64,000 nucleotides of DNA from assembly GCA_964304625.1 (NCBI GenBank), contig OZ199838.1:14689907-14753906 (forward strand), given 5' to 3'. Of the stretch, positions 27,358 to 41,776 are shown piece after piece. Position 1 is the stretch's first letter, and each line of letters begins with the position of its first letter. The notes under the pieces are model-generated. The model worked only from the letters and a program-made list of their open reading frames with translations. It searched no databases and was not told the origin of the DNA. The DNA is from Kudoa neothunni (Eukaryota; Animalia; Cnidaria). The position numbers and the translations under genes were made by a program.

Positions 27358-29581
27358 TCAAAGACTCAACAACATAGTTCTGGGATCTTCAAGAGATTGT
27401 TTGATTTTCCTCAAAAAAGTGACAGCTTCTCTACCATCAATCAAACGATGGTCATATGTTAGTGCTAGATACATCATAGGACGTATAACAATCTAGATGT
27501 AACCAAAATAGATTAGAACCCTAATAATCGCAGTTTAGCTTTACATTTCCATTAACAACAACTGGCCTCTCATTGATCGCATGCATTCCAAGAATAGAAG
27601 ATTGTGGAGGGTTGATAATAGGAGTACCCATAAGAGATCCAAAAACACCACCATTACTTATGGTAAATGTCCCGCCATCCATGTCTTCTGCTTTGAGCTT
27701 TCCAGATCTCGACTACAAACAAGTAAAGTGATATTTTGTAGGGCTATATAAAATTAGCATTGAACGTTAGAAATACCTCCTCAGCGTAGTTGGAAAGAGT
27801 CTTTTCAATATCAGCAAAATTGAGTTTTTGGACATCTCTAATAACCGGCACAACAAGACCCTACACAGTACATCAGTAAAAGTCACCGAATTATACAATA
27901 ATTTATGAGCAAGTTACTTTAGGACTTGCAACCGCAACACTTATATCGACGTAATTATGGTAAATAATCTCATCACCAGCAATGTCTAGTTAAGCTCAAA
28001 AGCACAATTTCAAAGTTAACAAATCAACATACATGCATTAACTGTGGGAATCTGCTGTAACGCATAACAAGATGACTTAATAAACGCGGACATAAAACCC
28101 AATTTAACATTATGTTTTTTCTCAAATGAATCCTTGTATGTTTTCCTCATTTCAATAAGATTACTAGTAATATAGTTCGCTCTAATAAAGTAACACCAGC
28201 TAGCAACAACCTCATATCAACTTCATTAAAAGTGGTCAACATTGCACAACTATTTTGAGCATGTTTCAGACGTTTGGCTATTGTCTGACGAATTCTAGTC
28301 ATTTTAACCTGGATAAAAGTTTCACAAAACTACTACAATATTTAAACACCCACTCTAGTGGTTTCTCTTTCGTTAGATACTGTCGCTATATCAACAGCAG
28401 AAGGAACCTGGTGCACAATTTTCGGTTTGTCACCAACAGAAACCTTTGTAGCGTTAGGAGGTGATATCGGAGTGGTTTCTTTAGTCTCCACACTACTCTC
28501 CACTTTGAAAGAACCCTCTTTCGGCTCAACATTTTTTTGGATAATAGAAGCCAATTTAGAATTAACTGGAGCTTTTTCTCCAGATTGAATCAAAAATTTA
28601 GATATAACACCATCGCAAGGACTCACCACTTCAATCGTGGTCTAAATAAATATATCTATAGGAGCTATTGTCAGTGTTAGCATTATTCACCTTGTCTGTT
28701 TCAATCTCTCCAATAACCTCATCCAACAATATAACATCTCCGAGATCTAATAAATAAATGAATGGTGGCGGAACAATAGAAAACGACTTTTATGCCATCG
28801 TAGATCCCCTTCAATGATAGATTCTGGATAGGCTGGTGCATTTAACAAGATTTCTTCACCAGATACTAAACAATATTATTTTTTCCAGTAGAAAAATTGA
28901 AAATACCATCTTCCTGGGATGTACTACTACTACTATTACTACTTTCGGGTTCGTTTGATAAGGGAGTGATATCACAGACAACTTGGTTTGGAGTAATTTT
29001 ATCGTTATCCTTAAAAAGCAATGCTTTGATAACACCATCACATGGAGACAGTATTTGTAGAGCAGTCTAAATTCGATACATAGATTTATTATTCGCTAGC
29101 ATTATTCACCTTATCAGTTTCAAGTTCTCCAATAACATCATCAGTGGAAACCTTATCCCCCTCAGCTTTGTGAGATATAACGAACGTCACTCAAAAAACA
29201 ACGTACATTTCAACCATCTTATTTCTGCTTGCGATACTGACTCTGGAAACGCAGGCACTTTCACATCAATAACTAAGAAATGTTGCACATATTTAGCCAA
29301 TTAAAATTATGACAATTTACGATTTTTAGATGTAGTTGTAAAGAAACGAGAGCTTCTATTAAAATCGGAATCAGAATGTGTTTTACTAAGGATAAGCGAT
29401 AAAAATACTTGTAAATAGAACCGAAGTAACCAGCATTGTTATCACATGCTAAGCCACTAATTTTAAAAAATCTTTCGCATCGCATCTAATTAAATAACCA
29501 CTAGAGCTGTTGGGTAGTTAAAATATCTACCGGCCGTATTCTAACCAACTCATGTAGTCGACACAGCCGAGACATATTCAT
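27358..29581 (-). CDS. DLST: Dihydrolipoyl succinyltransferase (E2 of 2-oxoglutarate dehydrogenase) with two lipoyl domains
   Basis: Arg-rich presequence followed by two lipoyl domains (ELETDK, EIETDK). Catalytic-domain motifs [68 protein letters not shown] and [18 protein letters not shown] are present. Confidence 0.95.
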
Positions 29582-30369
29582 GTGCGATTTTATTGATAAA
29601 ACAAATCCAAAACCGTTCCTAGGACAAACCGAAAGTTTCGGCGATGCTTAATCTGGTGCGGATTAGATAGTTACATAAAATCCCTCTTTTGATTATTCAT
29701 TTCCGCGTGATTGAATGAGTGTAATAATTTGAATTTATTTATTAAGTTAAATTTTACTGAATTGAAAATTGTGATATTAATTAAAGTATAATTAAATGGC
29801 ACCACTCATCATTGGGAAGTTGCATTATTGCTGTGGGTCATTCCCTCTTAATTTTTATTGTGTAAGTTGCTGTGGCATTTTATTTCTTCAATTAATATTT
29901 TACACTACCTTATGTATAATCAGGTTGAATGCTTTTTGAATGACACTGCTGTAGGAGCTGGCTACTCATCAAACAATTATAACAATGTGCCCATTGTAGA
30001 AAATAAATTGCGTCAAAATAACGCCATCAAATCGAATGTATAATTAAAATTATTTAATACATGGAAGGAATTTACATATTTTATAGTTTTCAATATATAT
30101 CTATTTTTATTAGCACCAACAACTTTGAAATAATTTTAATCCTTTTTATTATGTGGAATAAAAAATAATCTATAACAACTTACAGCGAATTATTTATGAA
30201 TAAAACGTGATAGAATTACATGGAAATTCGGTTTCACAAAAATAAAATCAGTTCCTCTCGATATTTTTAATTAAAATGTAACAATAGATTATGTAATTAA
30301 ATATTTATTTATAACTTCTCATAAACTGTATGAATAAAATATAATTAAAAAAAAGTGTATTTGATAAAT

Positions 30370-31074
30370 CAGGGGTCACCAAAGTATGGCCCGCCAATTC
30401 ATTCAAATCGGCAAGCGGTATCCCTTCTAAAACTCTACTGCGCATGTACACGCGTAATTGTATCAGTTCGTTTGAAAACTATCAGTACATCACTTTAGTA
30501 GATGAGTGTTGATTAAAACTTCTCATTTAATTCATTTTAGTGTTTTTTTTAATTTTAATTGAAACGAACTGAGAAACGACGCACTAATATAGCAAAATTC
30601 CTAGAATAAAACACACGAATCGATAAGATACACACTTCTTGTAGTTTAAAATTTTTTATTATTTAAATTTACAAATTAAATTAATTGAATTGATTAACTC
30701 TAATTTTTAATCAGATTGAGTATGGTTAGATTAATAAACTATGAATTTTGTGATCGAAAAAATTTTAATTCATAATCACAACCAAAAGGATAATCAACAT
30801 CGCGATTTTTTTGAATTATACAGTAGACAAAAGGTCGTAATTAATCCCACTGGGGCCTCAGAAGTGAAATATACTAAATCCTGCCACAGGAATCTGTCGT
30901 CAGTTAAAAAACTTCCTGCGTTGCTTATGACCGAAACTACTCATTGGTACCAAGGTGAGGTAAATCTTTATAGGACAAAAATCAGTTTCATTTCTATAAT
31001 TGTTTTTTAGAAAAAAGCAATTTTTTTGAACCAGCCCCAAAGCTTTTGAAAATCAAGACTTTTGATGACCCCTG
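30370..31074. mobile_element. hAT-type MITE
   Basis: TIRs caggggtcaccaaag / ttttgatgacccctg. The right flank is atctagaa (nTCTAGAn) and the left TSD is degenerate. Confidence 0.7.
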
Positions 31075-31847
31075 ATCTAGAAGCGTCAACGCAATTGCGA
31101 GGCTCCGTATTAATTTAATTTTAATTTTAAATGAACTAGAAAATATATAAATTCAGTTTATACACCTTTATCTACCAAATGATCAATTTAGTAAATTTAT
31201 AAATTAGTTTGATGGCCGAAACCCCATTGAAATTGTTGCTAAGTTGAAAAATATAAACTCAATAAGGAATAGTTTTAATTATTGTTCGAGAGTTGCAATT
31301 ATAACTGTTTTTCAAGTTATGGTATGAAAATTTTTTATAATAAATTAATTTTTCATCTATTCGTATTTATCTAAATGATGTTAGAGCGATTATTTGATTT
31401 AATATACATATATTCAAATATAAAAATTTATTTTTTTATTAGGATAAATAAAGAAAAAAGAGTTAGATTAATTATTAGAATTTCCCAAGTATTGAGGCAC
31501 ATAGATTCACGCACCTCGGACATAACCGAATGCTCTATTGTCTAGTAGAAAGCTTGCTTAAATAGTAACATTAGGTTGGAATTTATCTCGCTCTCGTAAG
31601 AAGATTAATAATTGAGACTAATCTGGGAACGTTTTATCCCTCTAAAAAAATCCTCTTCTTGTAATATCACAAATTTGGACACAAAGTGTAATAACGTATA
31701 TTTTTTGGAAAATAGGACTAGATTTTTTTTATATAGATACATGTGATATTATTAAAAAGAGAGAGTGACGGTGTGTTTAAATAAATGAAATAAACCAATT
31801 TAATAACGAAAGAAAATATGAATGAATAAAATGTAAACAAAAATATT

Positions 31848-32820
31848 TCAAACACGATGAGGTAGAAAAAAGTGTCTCGCGTAATACATGGTTTTATGTT
31901 TGAGCCAGTTGAGTTTGTTCTTGGTAGGACGTTTGGGTTTTCTAGAAAAATGGCGCTTTCGTCCAATCACTCCACCAGGTCGTTTATTCATGCGGCGAGA
32001 CTGACCTGCTTTATACAGCTTACGATGATGATGGATAGAATTGGAAACTGTGCCGTAGCAAGCCAAACATTCACCATCAACTGTTTTTATTTTTGGTCTT
32101 TTTTGTTTTCTTTCAAACAATTCCACCAAAATTTTTCCATCTTGTTCGTAAATTCGATGAATTGTCATAAACATGCCTGCGGCTCGAGCATATACACCAC
32201 CAACTCCTACTTCCTCTTCTATGTTGTAAACCTAATAGAATTGAAGTCACTCCTTTAACAATCAATGAACGACTAAAAACCTGTGAACCAACCGGGAAAT
32301 ATTTCACTGGGAATGTATCACCAACTTGAAAAGCTTTCATAGCGATTGGAGGTCCCCTTGATATTTGGTAGGTGTGGCCGGGTTGCATACCTTCAGCAGC
32401 CAGAACCAACTTGTATTTATCGTGCATATCACCAATAACTAATGCTATGTGTGCAGTTCGATTGGGGTCATAACAAACATTTACCACCTCCTCGGTGTAA
32501 ATGTGGTTGTTTTTGTAGGCCTCATCTTTTTTGTAGAGAGGCATACGCATATGATCTATTTTTCGGTAGTTTCTGACTGCACCACCACCAACGTGATGTT
32601 GGATAATTTGTCCTAAAGGTCCACGACCACCCTTGGCAAAGCATCGTGTTATCTCTCTATCGATCAAATACTCTGGTAATTTGACGTTAGGGATTTTTTT
32701 GGGAATTCTCTCAAAAACTGGTATTACACGACCCATTAAACTAGTTGTTGTGCAAAAATTTGAAACTAAATTAACGGGGGACGGACTTTTAACTGACCCC
32801 AAAATGCTAAAGACTCGCAT
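31848..32820 (-). CDS. MRPL2: Mitochondrial ribosomal protein uL2m, 2 exons (intron ~32233-32281)
   Basis: Contains GGRGPLGQIIQHHVGGGAVRNYRKID, YDPNRTAHIALV, YNIEEEVGVGGVYARAAG, CLACYGTVSN and KAGQSRRMNKRP. The N-terminal extension is presequence-like. Confidence 0.9.
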
Positions 32821-34466
32821 GTAGGGAACAATTTTTCAAAAATTGTCACGTGGCAACGGGAAATAAGATTTGTTGTCACAACTTGGATTTTGACTTTAGA
32901 ATCAATTATTATATTTTATTTTAATACAAATCGAATTATTTTTTAGTTCTCAGTATGTTTAGTATTATTGTTCCCGTCATGTATAATAAATAATAACAAT
33001 CATATTGTGATTCCAAGCCGAGACATAAATATAATGTTGTATACTTCTATTTCAATATTTGAAATATAATAATACGAAAGTTAGAACAGGAAATTCCATT
33101 AATCTATGACAACAAACTCTCTCTAGGAGACGAGCCTGAGCTTACAAGTTCAAAGCTAGTGAAGCCTTACTAACGGATTGATTGTCCAACACATGTGATA
33201 GGTCGATGTAATCTTAATAATTCATATTTTGTAAAATATAATATACGACAATGTTTATTCAGGATGTTACGAGAATAAAATAAAAACTCAAAAACGGCGC
33301 GCGCAATCAAAAATATTAACTTTTGGATGGTATTTATGTTGAATTACATCTCATTGATTCCAATTAGGACTCAAATATTTTCCCATTAGATAAAGATAAT
33401 GGTATATTTTCCCAAATCCTCCTACCCAGTGTCATAAACGATGATCTGGAATCCAGTAGTTTGTGGTTGTTAACAGTAGAATAATTTATTTAGTTGTAAT
33501 TGTACCCGAGAAAAATGATTATCAACAGATAATTGAAAAAGGTAGCTTGGGGCATCTATAATTTATATTATTCTTCTTTTAGATTTACCTGGTGAGGAGA
33601 AAGACATTTTCGAATATCTTCATTTTTATTTCTAGCATAAAACTATTTATTATGTTATTGTATTAAACTTACTACGTATAATGGTTTTATTTTCGAATTC
33701 GGCATTGTATGAGATGCACCAAAATTGAAAACAAAAATTTAATAGATGGTGGCACTCATGAAATTCATTCCTAAAAATTTTATTTGTTTAACCCTAGAAA
33801 GCTCGCAAAAAATAATTACACAGAGTCCCGGTGAGCCCCTTTTTGTTCCAATTTAGATTAGTCGAATAAAATCATTAGATTGTTGTAAAGTATCACTTTA
33901 GTTTAGTAAGCTAAATTAATTTGGAGCAAAAAATTAAGAGATTCCCCGTACAGCTAAATACTAAATATTAAGAGAATAATTCTTAAAGGATATTTTTCGT
34001 TGGTAAATTCTTGAGTTAAGAGTAACAAATGTTTTTTATCTCTTTTAGTTGAATGAACTAAAAGAATACTTTACAATAATTTAATGATTTTATTCGACTA
34101 ATTTATGCGTGAACCTAAAAAATTGCTAACTACCATGTCATGATGTTAAAAGATAATTCGTCATATTTTTGTCTTAAAAAAATCGGTTACCTGCTGTATT
34201 ATATACGTAATAACTGTGAAATAAATTTTGAATTTAATCCGTCTGAATATAATGAATTCAAACAAATTAATTCCTATGGTCAATGAACCATACGTCGTAA
34301 AATAGAGACTTTACATTAATAAAAACGATTAACTCAAGCCGAAAATAAGATTTATTCCAACATACGTAAGATAATACGTTATGTTTATGACATCTCTAAA
34401 AAAATAATCTGTATGATATGTAAACATGCGTGTATTAATTGTGGAGATGCTATATTTCATGTAGAG

Positions 34467-35086
34467 CAGTGTTTCCCAACCTTTGATCCATTGCGTCACA
34501 CTTATTTTTTAACTTAAATCACTATCAACTTTGAATGTAGCTCCCTATTACATTAAAATTTCAAAGCGATTAATATATACTTTTTTTCTCATTAAAATTA
34601 AAATGTATCCTATCATATCATATCTAATTTAATTTATTGATAGACCTTAAAAATTAACATCTTTAGTTTTTTACTCTGTCAAAAACAGTGTCAAGTGGAA
34701 CTGGTTCTAATCCAACCCCCAATAGACAAGACTTTCGTGTGTAGGGGGTATATAAACCTAAAATAAATAAATAAAGTAGAAAATTAATCAATATTATATT
34801 TGATTAAATCAAAAACAGAGGAGATCACAATTATAAATATGACAAGATTGGATTTAAAATCATTCTGATTCTATTGGAGTAAAGACAGTATTAAATGTTA
34901 TTATTTATTTTAATATAAGTAGTCATTTCTTTTTTTATTATTTATGATATTAATCGTCATTTAAAAATAAGCGAAATCGACTTCAAAGTATATCATACTG
35001 CCCAATTATCTCACCATTATCTATGCCACATCAATACTCATGATTATGCATGTCCCACCAAAGTTTTTCCAAGTTGGGAAACACTG
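34467..35086. mobile_element. hAT-type MITE
   Basis: TIRs cagtgtttcccaac / gttgggaaacactg (14 bp, perfect), TSD atgtagag / atatagag (7/8). Confidence 0.85.
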
Positions 35087-35198
35087 ATATAGAGTTAAAT
35101 TCGTGATTAAAATCCAAATAAAAAATATATTTCAAAAGATTATACGATAACAAAAATAAACAAATTTTTTATAAGATGACAAAATAACAAAAAATCTA

Positions 35199-38100
35199 TT
35201 AAAAAACACTACAAACTACATATTTAGCGATGATCACCAGGGCGCTGGTAAAGGAGCGTATATCATTAAAAGAACCATGTGTTTTTGAGTTAACTGAGGT
35301 TAAACTGAGTAGAAATTCAATATTTTCCATGATATGTTTAGGTAAGGGTGCAGAATTTTTAGATAGGGTTTGATTCACATGATCGATGAAATTTGCTTTG
35401 ATTGTTTTACTAAGTACAAACAATCTGTAAATGAAAGTGCCGACTTGTGAGGACAGCTCTGAGATTAGTAAATGGGACCAAAGGCGTTCAAAAACAATCT
35501 AACAACAACCATTCAACAAAATACTAAAATATGACAATTAATTACAGGTAAAAGTTCTTCTACTTTTTCATTAACAGACAATTGTATTGTGTTACTGATG
35601 GGACAATCTTGGGTGTTGTTGGTCACAGCTTCAGCTAATGCATCGACAATATCGGTACAAATATAGTAAGTTTGAATAAGAATGTCATCATTGAAATGTT
35701 GCAGGCCGAATTTCAAGTAATAAAACATAAGAGCTATATATTTTGTTTCGACATTGAGTAAGCATACAGGGTAGGATTTTGAGTAGAAACACAAAAAGTT
35801 CAGAACATTCGAGATTAGACTATCCTAAAAACATCAATTATATTTACGCAAAAAAAAAACAACTACAAAAAATCTCTTAATAAGATGATAATGTTTTTCT
35901 TAATTTAATAACTCTGTTTAATATAAAAATATTTTACCACATCATTAATATTGATTAGGATAATTCTAAGTCCATAGTTGATTGTATGGACTATGTCGCT
36001 ATCGAGTGAATTAATATTGAAATCCTCTATAAAACAAATGGGATGTAATTCCACTTACAAATATAACACAATCATTACTACTAGCACAAATATATTCGGT
36101 GAATTTGATCACAGTGAAAAATAACATGGATAACGTTTTAAAATAAAGTTCAGCGTCACGTTTTTTCCAAGTGGTCGAGTATTCTAGATAGGAAAGATAA
36201 CGGAAATAACTTTGCTAGATGGTGAGTACCTTCGACTGATTCTGAGAAGTCGTTAAGAAAACTGATAAAGTTGGAATTGAATTTTCTCGAAAGATTAGCT
36301 GTGTGTGAAATTGGTGACTTTTTGAGTAGTATCAAATGGGAGAATGCTCGTTGGTAATGTTTGTTGATGTGGTAAGCCAACTTGAGATATTTAGGGAAAA
36401 TATGTAGTGCGATTCCACCGAGTTGAAGGAAAAAAGTGTTAGTGAGATCTTCGGCGAGCTTGGCAAACAAATGGTAATCGTTTTCAGCTGACACGATACT
36501 GAAATTGATGGGCAATAAAGTGTGTAATAGTTTGCAAGTGTGGCTTTTTTGTATTTGAAGGTAGTTTTTTAGGAAATCATCATTCAAATCATAAATTTGT
36601 CGAATAAACGAGTTCAACGGATCAAAAAAATTGAATTTAACACAACACTCATACAATTTGTTCAGCAGCTCAGTGAGAACGTTATCTTGGAACGGGCAAC
36701 CTTTTGCGATTATCAAATTGATATAATCAAAAGCATATTGGCCCGAAAAATACAACACATCATTTGTGGCTAAATTCAATTTTAGAGATTCGATTAACAA
36801 CTCAAGAAAAAATGAGATATCCGCATGAGTAATTGAGTTGGATTGATATTGGTGATCGACTGATGTATGTAAGTTGGATTCAACATCGTTATCATACAAA
36901 AACAGTTTATACGCAATAACAACGATATATTTGTTGACCAAGCACACATATCTGTAGTTGTTTCTCTTTAGAAATCCACTTAACAATGAGAGAGATGGGG
37001 TGGGATTGATTGATGTATTCTGAAGATGGTCGACGAGGTAACCAAGTGTCTTAAGAAAATATCTACAGAAATGCAACCAACAAGATTCCATCTGTCTTAG
37101 ATGTTTATCACAAATGGCGTAGTAGGTTTCGAACTTAATCACCAATAGAAAGATTCCAAATTCCAAAATACACACAACCAACCTCAACTTGTTAGGTATG
37201 TTGGCTGAGATGGTGGGATCATCCTCGAATTGACTCATATCGGTATTTATAGATTTGGAGAAATTTTTCAACAGATAAGCTATTGTGTTTAATTTCTTCT
37301 CAAAGTACACGGTTATGTATTCCACATAATTGTCGGTGTTGGTGGGTCTACCAATTTGTGTCAGACCTAATTCGTAGCTACAGTTCAACAAAATGGCTGT
37401 ATAGTTGGAATGGGAATTGGATGCCGATTCGTTATCTGCAATCAAAACCAACTCAGAAATCAAAATGATCAATCTGCTCAACTGATGAGACGACAGTAGG
37501 AATGTGTCCAACAAATTGGGGTCAGCTTCGTGCTTGTACTCTTTGAGAATGGGGAGAAATGACGCGTACGAATTCAGGAACATTTCAGACAACTTTCTCA
37601 TAACCAACTCATAGTTAACTCTGGTCACAACAGAGAGATCTCGTATATCTAGGTGGTCAATTTGAGTGGCTTTGTCTTTGGAAATGTTTCCAATGGTGAC
37701 AGAATGTAAATAGTTGTTTCTATCGAATGTCTCAACGGGAATCGACCCTACTGGAGCGTATAACAAACTTTGAATAGTTAAAAGACTGAATCCATTGATT
37801 ATATTGTTGACATGGGGGATATTTTCGAGTCTGAAAGGTGGGGGTGAACTGTCTGCGTCCAATCTTGTGCAGATATGAATAAGAGCTGACAAAATATTAT
37901 CCACTGAATCACTGAATATAATCGAATCGGATGATTTGTCAGTTGGATATTGTGGTTTATCGCTACCGCCTATCGAGTTGAAGGAATTGCATAAATGAAA
38001 CTCCCTCACTCGAGCACCTGCAACCTGCTGATACACATTAACAAATATTTCCGATAAATAGGCCATATCGATCTGGATTTTGGTTTTTCGAAAAATTTGT

Positions 38101-39615
38101 GAGGTAATAATTTTGTAAAACAATTCCGACAAACCCCACACAACATAAGGTATATTGTAATCGAACCTGTTGTGAAAATACATAAACGTGTTTAACACTG
38201 AGAGCAATACGGAATCAGCACATGATTGAAATAGACTCAATGGTCCACCCAAAAAACACAATAAACCCACACAAGATATACACATATGGAATATCTCACA
38301 ATCTTGCATATATTTTATTAGGCACTATATAACAGTGATTAGGAAATTAATATAAATGGTCTCTTCAAATTACCTTAAAAAGTACCACTACTACAGCTTG
38401 TGATAAGATAATATCAGCCCATGCGATAGGAGGAGAAAATTCCAAAATCATCGTTGCAGGATTAATGTAACACATTTTATTGGTACATCGTTTGAAATTC
38501 CAATTAAACACACCATACAAATTATTGAACACAAGTATAATGGCGTTTCTGTGGAGATTAGGCAGATCGATACTTTTCATAGCAGCAACAAAAATACTCA
38601 ATAGATAATCGTTCTAATATAATATTTTTATTATAAAATCTAGAAATTAGAAAGAACGAATGATAATCTACCTGAATATATTCAAAAAAACGAAGGTCAT
38701 TCTCATCTATATACTCAGTCTTATTGAGATAGTTGGAATAGTCGCTGAGAATGGCTCCAAAGAATCTCAACCCCAATATCTTTTCTTGAATTGTCTCAGT
38801 CGTTATAGATGCCATCATTGGTTGAAGTATCATCAGATCCAAATAATCGGTTGTTAGGGCGTCCCAATGACACCTCATAACACATCCCACATTTTCAATT
38901 AGTGGATCCATCACTGGCATATGCTCACTGTAACTATATTCAATTAAGATTATACTTAGTTGTTAACTGTGAACAAAACTTACGTTGAAATTTCAAGAAG
39001 CGTTTTCATTAAAATGTGCAATAAATGTTTGATAAATTCGAGAGGGAACAGCTTTTTTTGTTTGGTCACGGTTTTCTTTAATATGTTTAGGCAAGAAAGG
39101 AGGATAAAATTGTTTCTGTATTTTTCTATATACAATTGAATTTTAAGAAAATAAAATCAGAGGTATTTGAGGATAATTTGATCTTAAAATAATCGATTTA
39201 ACTCTGAATAATTAATTTATCAAATTATTATATTTATCATTTATTATTATTATTAATTATTATAATTAGGGTTGGAAAGATTGAAAAAACAAAGCATTAA
39301 GCCTCATCATTAACGACCTAAAAGTCGAATAGGCAGAACTATTTACCCAAAATAAACGCACAAATATGTATATTCTTCGAGGATCTGTACCATTTCTCAC
39401 ACAAATTCTCAAAATTCTTCATATCGATATCATTTCTCTAATATTTTCATTAAAACATCAACAATATAATATATAATAATAAGTCGTTCTGAAACTTACC
39501 ATCACAATGAGATCACACGTCTCCAATAAAGAGTCTAATAATTCTCTGTCAGGCATGGCTACATTCATGAAATGAATGACTATTATTGGTAATAATACTA
39601 AGGGATCAACTTCAT
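35199..39615 (-). CDS. Large HEAT/ARM-repeat karyopherin-beta-like protein, probably a divergent exportin-4
   Basis: A multi-exon, helical, Leu-rich protein including a 717-aa ORF. The N-terminal YRSSKNIHICAFILEKYRNNFILLSCLNIL and C-terminal FLCFYSKSYPVCLLNVETKYIALMFYYLKFGL...GTFIYRLFVL segments resemble exportin-4 from recall. The first exon needs a 1-nt correction. Confidence 0.55.
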
Positions 39616-40455
39616 GCGCACGACAAAAGCACAAAATACACCCTTACGGGAAGTTTAATCCCAAATGAAGGTTAACGCTTGCGCATTAAAAATGTTGATC
39701 AAAACAACTATTATTTATAGCAGATATATGCAGCTAATTTTTTTTGAGTCTACTACATTTTATTATTTTTAACGAGACGAACATAATTACAGGTTCGAAA
39801 TAATTAAATCGGGTAAAAAATAATTTTTATTTTGCGTTATTGTGGCAAGAATAATCATTTCTCTATGACAAAATAGCAAACCTAATTTAAGGTAAGCTTT
39901 TACTTGAATGCTTTAACGTGCAGAATCAGCGTTACATACGAATCGCCCACGTGCGTTCTCGGCCGTTTCTTTAATGCGGGTGGGTGATGATGCAGTGAAC
40001 GCATAGTAATATCAGAGATATTGTGTTGCCTTCATAGTTACTCTGACACTAAATGTAGTATTAGTTTGATCATTTTTATAAAATAAAATGGTTGATCATG
40101 CACTAGTTGCTCTGTGTAATGATACTGTTGTCGTTGCAATCAACGATCAACCAATAATAATAATAATAATTTGACAGTGAAGTCAGCTCCTTTGTTGTAA
40201 AAGAAGCGTTAAACTTGTCAAATATTCGCGTTTAAATCAGTATTAACGAGTTCTTGTTGAGGGTGAAATTAAGTTGAGCTTGTTTGCGTATTTACAAGGT
40301 ATAATAACAATCCAGTATTGCTTTTCTTGTGGTGAGCGATGTAATCGAATGCTTTATTTCTTATTGTTATATAGACAAATTTGTCGTCAATTTTGATATT
40401 TCTGATGGCGTGGGAAAACGTCGGCTCGTGCCGCTTAACACGGCATCATGTAATA

Positions 40456-40735
40456 CAGGGATGGCCAAACTTGATTGAAATGAAAGCCACATTTGATGGC
40501 ATTCGGTTTTTTACAGCCGCAAGGCGTAAAAATTATACTTATGGGTTTTTATTATGTTTGTATTTTGTCTAAAATTCTTAATTAATACTGAATTAATGCT
40601 TAATTCATGAGTTCTTATTTGTGATATCTGCATTATCCTAACTTTCAACATACTCAGCTTAGCTTTATACGAAAAATTCAATGAAACAATAAGCTAAGTC
40701 TAAATTTTTCGCGAACCTTAATTTGGCCACCTCTC
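40456..40735. mobile_element. Small degenerate hAT-type MITE
   Basis: Ends cagggatggccaaac / atttggccacctctc. Confidence 0.45.
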
Positions 40736-41776
40736 ATAATAAATACGGTAGATGACGATTAATCGAATTCTTTTACTTTTCGCACGTATTGTACAGATTC
40801 GGATCGTTTATATGCATTGAATTAATAAATAAAACCTTGGAAAATTGTTAAATTTTTCATTCTGTCGAAGTATGCTGATTAAACGGAATTATGATACATC
40901 GTGAAATCCGCTAATTTTTTACGCAGTTGCATTGAAGTTTGGCGTCGTTTTCAGCCTCCTTTGTAATATACGCGTAAAAATTCCCATTAACACCTTACGT
41001 TGAACGAAGCATATAATTGAACAAAGTATTTTGAAGATCAACCACTTCAGAAAGGAAAAAAAGTCATTTCGTCAAACATTTGGATCTAAAATTTATATCT
41101 ATTTTAAACAGTCTTTTATCAAATAAAGATGAAATCAAGAAGGATGTTGAAAGTTGAATGGAAGAAAAGTCGAATTACATTCAAGCATGACTTAAAGAAA
41201 TGTACCAAAAGGTCCATAAGTGCATTTCTTAGACGAGGATGAGAAATATTGAGTTGTCTTTAGGGGAAATCATTGTAAAGCAAAATGAGATAAAACGGAA
41301 AATTAGTAAAGATATATAAGATTTTAACTAAGGTTGGCTCCTTATTTTCAATGAGCTATTAAATTTACATCGATTATATTTTTACGGGGAATCAAACATT
41401 ATTGAAATGTAAACTGTCGATGATTAGAAATTGTAGCTGAAAGAAATCTGAAAAATTTATAAAGTTGAACAGGCTTATTATTTCGACGAAACTTTTTTAT
41501 TTATCAGAAACACCCAAGTATGATTAATGTGACCAAAGTCTACCAGGATGCATCACTTTGTTAAATTCTTCATTTAAAAAGTAGTTATGACCTTATTTAG
41601 ACCATAGGGAGGATCCATTTTGCACATAAAACACACCAATGACAGAACAATACTCTAATTAAACTGTTTGTTTATATAGATACGGAGACATCTTGTAACG
41701 CATAATGACGTCACGTTTATAAAACAACATATTTACGGTGTATTAACTTACAAGTAATATATATGAAAATTAGTAA

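Noticed and set aside
31490-33210. GC-richer patches at ~31490-31600 and ~33120-33210 as possible ncRNA or SINE
   Set aside because: No tRNA cloverleaf, A/B boxes, Sm site or snoRNA boxes could be confirmed by eye. An Infernal/Rfam search would be needed.
40950-41650. Possible further pogo-like transposase remnant (FDET motif)
   Set aside because: Too degraded, and no TIRs were identified.
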